The notes under the pieces are model-generated. The model searched no databases. It was not told the origin of the DNA and saw only the letters and a list, made by a program, of their open reading frames with translations. Of a stretch of DNA of 64,000 nt, positions 58,784-64,000 are shown in pieces. Source of the stretch: an uncultured Nitrososphaerota archaeon (GTDB lineage Archaea > Thermoproteota > Nitrososphaeria > Nitrososphaerales > Gagatemarchaeaceae); assembly GCA_963703285.1 (NCBI GenBank), contig OY969807.1, forward strand, positions 1,472,001 through 1,536,000, in the 5' to 3' direction. The translations under genes and the position numbers were made by a program. Within the stretch, counting starts at the first letter, position 1; each line of letters begins with the position of its first letter.

Positions 58784-58944
58784 GCGCTGGCCGTTGCGCG
58801 AGAGGGCTAAGAGGGTGAGACGGCGCTCACAGCTCGGGCAGTGGGTGCCCTTCGATCCCCTCCGCCGGGGGAACGTTATCTTCTATCTAGCTGGAGCAAC
58901 TCGAGACCGATGACAGGAGCCCGGCGCCCTGGAGTTCCATCAAT

Positions 58945-59140
58945 GAGTCGGTTGTTAGGGTCGGCTAGTGACGCGGCAGGTGACCAGAGTGGGTCTCGGA
59001 AGAAGAGCTGTGATTTGTAATGGGTTGATTCTTGAACCGTGGATGAGCATGTGAGCTGTGATTCCAGTTTTGCCACTTCTCATGTGGGTAGTCCTTCCTC
59101 GGCCCCTCATCAGTCTCCTTAGCAATCTATGCCGACTCTC
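58945..59140 (-). ncRNA. Candidate structured RNA / 3' element downstream of the DIP1984-like gene
   Basis: Nested long-range complementary segments enclosing ~7-nt-periodic UCA repeats; inferred by eye. Confidence 0.55.
59004..59063 (-). repeat. Short-period (7-8 nt) degenerate UCA repeats including an exact 11-bp direct repeat
   Basis: On +: TGA at 59011, 59026, 59033, 59044, 59052, 59059, TAA at 59018; GAGCTGTGATT at 59005 and 59053. Confidence 0.8.
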
Positions 59141-59620
59141 CTAAACCGTGATGGTCACCCTGTGATTGGCCTCCTGTATCGCCGCGTCAAGGACGTTTCT
59201 TTGTCTCTCGTACTCTTCCTGGAGCTGGAGTAGCTCGGCGGGGGTCTTCTGCCACCTCTGTGGGACCTCATCCTTCGACCTGTGTCTCCATCCTAGGAAG
59301 TCTGACTTCCTCTCGTTACTCAGCATTCCGGAGATGTGTGTGAGCTTGATTCGGATGTTGCTCAGTTCGAGTATCGCCTTCGCGAGTGACATCTCCAAGT
59401 CCCCAATCCTGATTCGGTTCGACAAGTTCGCGGCTTGGATTGCAAGTTTCAACTCAGTCTCCCGCCTCAAGGTTTCGTCAATCTGTTCAGAGAGCGCATC
59501 ATACCGGAAATCTGGTTCGGAATCGGCCTCATAGACGAGGCTAGATTCCCTGAACTTCGAAAGCTGGATTAGTCTGGCTTTGAGCGTCTTCACCTCGGCA
59601 AGCGCCTCGTAAACCTTCAT
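59141..59620 (-). CDS. DIP1984/DUF6847-like coiled-coil protein
   Basis: MKVYEAL...LKLAIQAAN and MSLAKAI...LDAAIQEAN internal duplication, matching my recollection of the family. Confidence 0.8.
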   Translation of the reverse strand: MKVYEALAEVKTLKARLIQLSKFRESSLVYEADSEPDFRYDALSEQIDETLRRETELKLAIQAANLSNRIRIGDLEMSLAKAILELSNIRIKLTHISGMLSNERKSDFLGWRHRSKDEVPQRWQKTPAELLQLQEEYERQRNVLDAAIQEANHRVTITV

Positions 59621-59728
59621 GGTCTCTCGTCCCCTATATCCGGATACTTGGCTTTATATTCTTGATAAGTAAAGAATCCTTTGGCTCTACTTAAGAATCC
59701 TTTACTTCCTTTGGTTGTAGGAAAGCCC

Positions 59729-59887
59729 TTGGTTAGAGAAATCCTGGGAACGAGCAGGATAAGCAGCAAATTCCAGATTACGGTCCCCAAGGAAGTAAGG
59801 GATCGGTTCAAGCTCAGCGCCGAGGAGATTCTCGTCTTCTCAGATGATGATGGGAAGCTCATCCTTCGCAAGAGTACAGAGGCGTAG
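59729..59887 (+). CDS. AbrB/MazE/SpoVT family DNA-binding protein
   Basis: SRISSKFQITVPKEVRDRFKL..EILVF..LILRK. Confidence 0.9.
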   Translation: MVREILGTSRISSKFQITVPKEVRDRFKLSAEEILVFSDDDGKLILRKSTEA

Positions 59888-60129
59888 CGTCCGACCTGCT
59901 TCATCTTCGCGTACCTCAATCCTATGCTGAGACCGTATATTAGCGCCAACGCAAGCTTGGCATTCGACCGTTGTGGGATTTCCATGCGCTCGAGAACAAT
60001 CGTGCTTTTGGCGGGATGTCCAATCGATGTTCCAGTCCCGGTCCTTGCTCTGCAATGGAGGGTGGACAACTCGTCCAGAATGATTTTATCCCCCGAACCC
60101 CCCGAGCAGCGAGCATGAAGAAAAATTAG

Positions 60130-60429
60130 TTGCCTTCCAGACCAAGAGGAAGAGAGGACGAAGTAGTCATAATCGGAGTGAGGAAGAAGAGCGGCCATTC
60201 CGACGAGGTTTGTGTCGAGTGCAGGCTTGGTCGCCTTCGATTCGCAGTATCTCTGCCTTCGGACGAGTTCAGTTTTGTCGAGCTGAAGAAAGAAATTGGC
60301 AGAAGCCTGCAATGTGAGTTTGGGACGAGATATGCCAAATCACTAGTCGGACGGGCGATTCCTTTGGCCGAGATCATCAAGGAATCAGACGCTTCTAAGC
60401 GAGGTAACAAGTTCTGGGACTTGTTCTAA
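60130..60429 (+). CDS. Hypothetical protein
   Basis: 99-aa ORF, TTTTATC box upstream; no family recognised. Confidence 0.5.
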   Translation: MPSRPRGREDEVVIIGVRKKSGHSDEVCVECRLGRLRFAVSLPSDEFSFVELKKEIGRSLQCEFGTRYAKSLVGRAIPLAEIIKESDASKRGNKFWDLF

Positions 60430-60506
60430 GCCCATTGCGCCTGCGCCGGGTATTCCTCGTTTAGCCTTGGGCCGCATTCGGCCGACCTGCGTCAGGTGTT
60501 TGGTTC

Positions 60507-60647
60507 TCACTTGGTGGAAGCCTTCGCTTCCACCCGTTTCTTTTCCTTCGCCCTCATGAACAGCTCCGTCGCCACCAGGGCCTCGGCCGACGCCTTCGTC
60601 AAGGCTCGAATCTCACGCTTCTCCCTGGGATTCAGCTCTTTCTTCAT
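60507..60647 (-). CDS. 46-aa basic helical hypothetical protein (not in ORF track)
   Basis: MKKELNPREKREIRALTKASAEALVATELFMRAKEKKRVEAKASTK; purine-rich RBS-like sequence; ATGA overlap with ORF 60644..60958. Confidence 0.5.
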   Translation of the reverse strand: MKKELNPREKREIRALTKASAEALVATELFMRAKEKKRVEAKASTK

Positions 60648-60973
60648 CCTCGCTTCAATTCCTCCTCCTCGCTCTTAAATCTTGTAGATGCCTCAGCGTA
60701 GTAAAATTCTGCTGCCAACTTCTTGTTGAAGATGATCTGGATGACGTTGCCTACCCGTATCAACCTCACGGAGGTCGCGCCCAAGTCGTATTGGCTGGCT
60801 TGGAAGTCCGAGGAAGTCACATCACCGAAGTTTTGTGGAGTACTTGACTCCCCAGTGTTAGATTTGCGCCATGGACTCGACCGCGTAGGTTTCATTGCGC
60901 CTCCGCCTGGGAACGTTTCCTTGCATGTGTTGACACGGAATTCGCGTCTGTCCGACATGAGAATGATCAGCCG

Positions 60974-61161
60974 ATGAAGAAGACCAATCTCCAGATGGGG
61001 TCGGTCTTAACTACCCGCGGTTCACCGGGTACCTCGGGTGGCTGGTGTCCCATGGGCTCGTGGGAAGCAAAGAAGAGGACGGCGACGAACTGTATTCTCT
61101 CTCGGCGCAGGGGCCCGACGCGCACCATCGTCTTGTGGGTTGGATGAGGGAGAGACCATGA
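60974..61161 (+). pseudogene. Degenerate winged-HTH regulator
   Basis: MKKTNLQMG, frameshift near 60999, then GLNYPRFTGYLGWLVSHGLV...YSLSAQG; 5' part missing. Confidence 0.6.
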
Positions 61162-61177
61162 AGGGGATGCGAATCTG

Positions 61178-62149
61178 ATGAAGGCGGTCGTCCGCACCAG
61201 GTACGGGCCGCCGGAGGTCCTCCAGTTCAAGGAGACGGAGATCCCGACCCCTGGAGACGACGAGGTACTCGTGAGAGTGCGCGCGACGTCGCTGAACAAG
61301 TCCGACCTGTTTCAGCTGAACCCGCCCTTCATGATTCGTCTGCTCCTGGGCGGAGGGCGCCTGAAGCCGAAGCGGAGCTCGCTCGGGACGGACCTGGCTG
61401 GGCGGGTCGAGGAGGTCGGCCGGAATGTGAAGCAGTTCAAGGCTGGCGACGAGGTGTTCGGAATCGGCCGGGGTGCCTTCGCCGAGTATGCGTGCGCCAG
61501 TGAAGAGAACCTGGCGTTGAAATTGAAGAGGGCAACGTTCGAGGATTCGGCCACCCTGCCCGTCGCGGGAACGACGGCCCTGCAGGCCATCGGCAAGGCA
61601 CAGGTCCAACCAGGACAGAAGGTCCTGATCGACGGCGCGTCTGGTGGTGTCGGTACCTTCGCGCTGCAAATCGCAAAGGCGTTCGGGGCCGAAGTCACGG
61701 CCGTGTGCAGCACGGGCAACGTGGCCAGCGCGCGGTCGATGGGCGCGGACCACGTCATCGACTACACAAAGGAGGATTTTGCCAAGAACGGGCGGAGGTA
61801 CGACTCAATCATCGAGGTCAATGGATATCGCTCGATTCTGGGGTACAGGCGCGCACTGGGCGCAAAGGGGGCTTACGTGATGGCCGGGAGCTCCAGACCG
61901 CTTCTCCAGATGCTGCAGAGCGTCACTTTGGGTCCGATGGTTTCGAGGAGCGGGGGAAAGCATATGGGCTTCATGGGGATAGCGAAGATAAACCAGAAGG
62001 ACCTCGATAGCCTCAGAGAGCTTCTCGAGAAGGGAAAGATCAAGCCCATTATCGATAAGAGCTACCCGCTGAGCGAAACCGCTGAAGCTTTCAGGTACTT
62101 TGCAGAGGGACACACGCACGGAAAGGTGGTCATAGCATTTTCAGATTAG
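61178..62149 (+). CDS. MDR-family NAD(P)-dependent oxidoreductase (quinone reductase-like)
   Basis: YGPPEVL, GTDLAG.VE, GASGGVG, GADHVIDY, GKVVI. Confidence 0.95.
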   Translation: MKAVVRTRYGPPEVLQFKETEIPTPGDDEVLVRVRATSLNKSDLFQLNPPFMIRLLLGGGRLKPKRSSLGTDLAGRVEEVGRNVKQFKAGDEVFGIGRGAFAEYACASEENLALKLKRATFEDSATLPVAGTTALQAIGKAQVQPGQKVLIDGASGGVGTFALQIAKAFGAEVTAVCSTGNVASARSMGADHVIDYTKEDFAKNGRRYDSIIEVNGYRSILGYRRALGAKGAYVMAGSSRPLLQMLQSVTLGPMVSRSGGKHMGFMGIAKINQKDLDSLRELLEKGKIKPIIDKSYPLSETAEAFRYFAEGHTHGKVVIAFSD

Positions 62150-62162
62150 TGGGTTTGGGGAG

Positions 62163-62993
62163 TCAGGCTGTCCCGGCTTCGATCAGCTTAGGGATTTCGT
62201 GCAGGCTGGAGATTCTCTTCACGAAGAGGCCCCTCCTTGGTTTGAATCCCCTCGGTATGTGCTCCAATATCGCCCCGTAGCGGTTGTCGTACCTGTGCCA
62301 GAGCCCGGTGTAGAGGGCGGCGTTCATCCCAAAGGATGCCGCGCCTGCGACGTCCGCCCTGAAGGAGTCGCCGACGTGTAAGACCTCAGCGGGCTCGACG
62401 GAGAGGGCCCGCACCGCATGCTCGAAGATCTCTCTACGAGGCTTGACGAAGCCCACGTCGCAGGAAATGGTCAGCGAGTCGAAGTACTTCATGATGCCCA
62501 TCGTCTTGAGCATCCTCTCGTAGGCCTTGGTCGACCTGCCCGCGTTCGAGATGAGACCTATCTTGATTCCCTCGAACTCGTTCTTCAGTTGCCGGAGCAC
62601 GGGCTTCGCCTCGGGGTTGAGGTGGGGGAGCCTGGAGGAGGCCCCGGAGTCGGAGAGGATTCTCCCTGCTCGTTCCCGCATCGCTTGCTCCTCCGCCTTC
62701 CCGAACCTTATCCCGAGAGTGTCGAAGAGCATCCCGCCGCGCTCCTCGAGAGAAAGCTCGAGGTTGTTCTTGTAGGCCTCCTCTATCCTGCCGTTGAGCT
62801 CCTCCATGGCCAGCCGCACGGCGTTGAAGCTTACTCCTTCGTGCAGGGAGCTGGCCAGACCCGCTCTCGTCCTCAGGAAGCGGTGGAAGTTGATGAGCCG
62901 CCGCAGCTTCCAGTAGTCAGCGAGCTCCCGCGTGTCCCAGATCAGCGTGAGCCAGAGGTCAAGCGTGACGGCACGGATTTTCAGCTCAGACAC
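62163..62993 (-). CDS. HAD family hydrolase
   Basis: DLWLTL, ISNA, KP..EIF, HVGDS..ADVAGA. Confidence 0.92.
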   Translation of the reverse strand: MSELKIRAVTLDLWLTLIWDTRELADYWKLRRLINFHRFLRTRAGLASSLHEGVSFNAVRLAMEELNGRIEEAYKNNLELSLEERGGMLFDTLGIRFGKAEEQAMRERAGRILSDSGASSRLPHLNPEAKPVLRQLKNEFEGIKIGLISNAGRSTKAYERMLKTMGIMKYFDSLTISCDVGFVKPRREIFEHAVRALSVEPAEVLHVGDSFRADVAGAASFGMNAALYTGLWHRYDNRYGAILEHIPRGFKPRRGLFVKRISSLHEIPKLIEAGTA

Positions 62994-63274
62994 TGGCGGT
63001 GCCAGACTCCCGTCCCCTTAACAAGCGTTTTCGGAGGATTTCATCTAGTGAGAGAGACTCGTTTCAGTCCAACCTCAAAATCCGTCCAGTGAGAGCTAAT
63101 CTGCAGATTCTCTCCCATGAACGGCACTTCTAACGTGTAGGGTTGATTGGCCCCCGCCGGGGCGTTTCGTGCACATGTTGGGCTAGAGCCAGGCGGAGTT
63201 CAGCGTAACACTTATGAAATCTGAGACCAAGCTGTGAGACGCGTGCGTGAGACCCATCGTCGACCAAGAATATC

Positions 63275-63928
63275 GTGAGCACGATCAATGCCAGGCTGCC
63301 CGGCTCCAGACGCGACATTGAGGCTATCCTCCTAGTCGGCAGCACCGCCTTCGCCAAGAATCTGGCAGATTGGGATGATTTCGACGTTCAGGTGTACACG
63401 CGAGAGCAGCCGAGAGTCAGAGAGTACTACGAGATAATCGAGGACGGCGGGAGTCACTACCTGCTGGGCGCCCGTTACTTTCGCCTCGACAGGCTCAATA
63501 CCCCGCCTGCGAGTGTCCTGCAGCAGAAGGACGTGCAGATCCTCTTTGGGAAAGAGGAAGCGCTTCGGCACCTCTTCGCCAATAGGCCGAGAAGGATAGA
63601 GCCAATACCGCATGCAATCAGGAATTTCAAGGAGAACTACGAGAACTGCTTCATGCTGCTCGTGGACCTGTTCTTCATCCTCAAGAGGTATGAGGCGAGG
63701 GGCAGGCGCGATGCCACAAAGCCCCGCTTGTGCCGTGATGCCATGAGAACGATCGCAAGACACTACTATGGATTCTACGGGGTCAGTCGACCAATCCCGG
63801 ACCGGGTTAGGTGGAGGAGACTGTTGGCCGAAACCATTCAGTTACTCGAGGAACGAAAGTTCGAGACCATCTGCCGCAACAGGAAGCTCGTAAGGACCGC
63901 AATCGATTTGATGTCGCAACACACGTAG
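63275..63928 (+). CDS. Hypothetical protein, possible nucleotidyltransferase (Pol beta superfamily)
   Basis: ILLVGS...DDFDVQV followed by a helical C-terminal region. Confidence 0.6.
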   Translation: MSTINARLPGSRRDIEAILLVGSTAFAKNLADWDDFDVQVYTREQPRVREYYEIIEDGGSHYLLGARYFRLDRLNTPPASVLQQKDVQILFGKEEALRHLFANRPRRIEPIPHAIRNFKENYENCFMLLVDLFFILKRYEARGRRDATKPRLCRDAMRTIARHYYGFYGVSRPIPDRVRWRRLLAETIQLLEERKFETICRNRKLVRTAIDLMSQHT

Positions 63929-64000
63929 GAACGTCTCCGGGGTTCATCGCGCCTCCGCCGTCGCGGTCCCTTTCCCTGAAGGGGCGAGCGACCGGACTTC

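Noticed and set aside
59004-59063. Possible mini CRISPR array
   Set aside because: Repeats are only 3-11 nt with no spacer-sized units, and there are no cas genes in the window.
58876-59076. 66-aa ORF over the repeat region
   Set aside because: No recognisable motif; the 7-nt periodicity and nested pairing fit a non-coding element better.
59106-59113. CUGAUGAG on the minus strand, resembling a hammerhead ribozyme core or box C
   Set aside because: No GAAA after a stem II and no matching cleavage triplet or box D arrangement found.

Overview
GC-rich archaeal chromosomal window. Archaeal origin is inferred from a PriL/PriX-like primase subunit, stand-alone Lrp/AsnC and winged-HTH regulators, TATA-like boxes about 25-30 nt upstream of many starts, and frequent TTG/GTG starts. 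A non-ammonia-oxidising Nitrososphaerota-like lineage is my best guess, not a verified assignment. Most of the window is dense metabolic and transport genes: three ABC-2 exporter pairs, a five-gene peptide/nickel-type ABC importer, a MoxR/DUF58 cluster, several oxidoreductases, and DNA repair enzymes. It also has one complete IS481-family element with a 15-bp target duplication, a VapBC pair, and several frameshifted, nonsense or chimeric genes. No rRNA, tRNA or CRISPR array was seen. Strongest leads: (1) a DIP1984-like coiled-coil gene followed directly by a ~200-nt foldable non-coding region whose apical loop carries ~7-nt-periodic UCA repeats (candidate RNA-protein system); (2) a DEAH/RHA-type helicase next to an OLD-family ATPase-TOPRIM nuclease; (3) a PriL N-terminal domain fused to a PriX-like domain; (4) four genes whose best-placed start codons are non-canonical (ACG, ACG, TCG, ATA); (5) several microproteins missing from or unexplained by the ORF track. 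All family assignments come from motif recognition; no database search was run.
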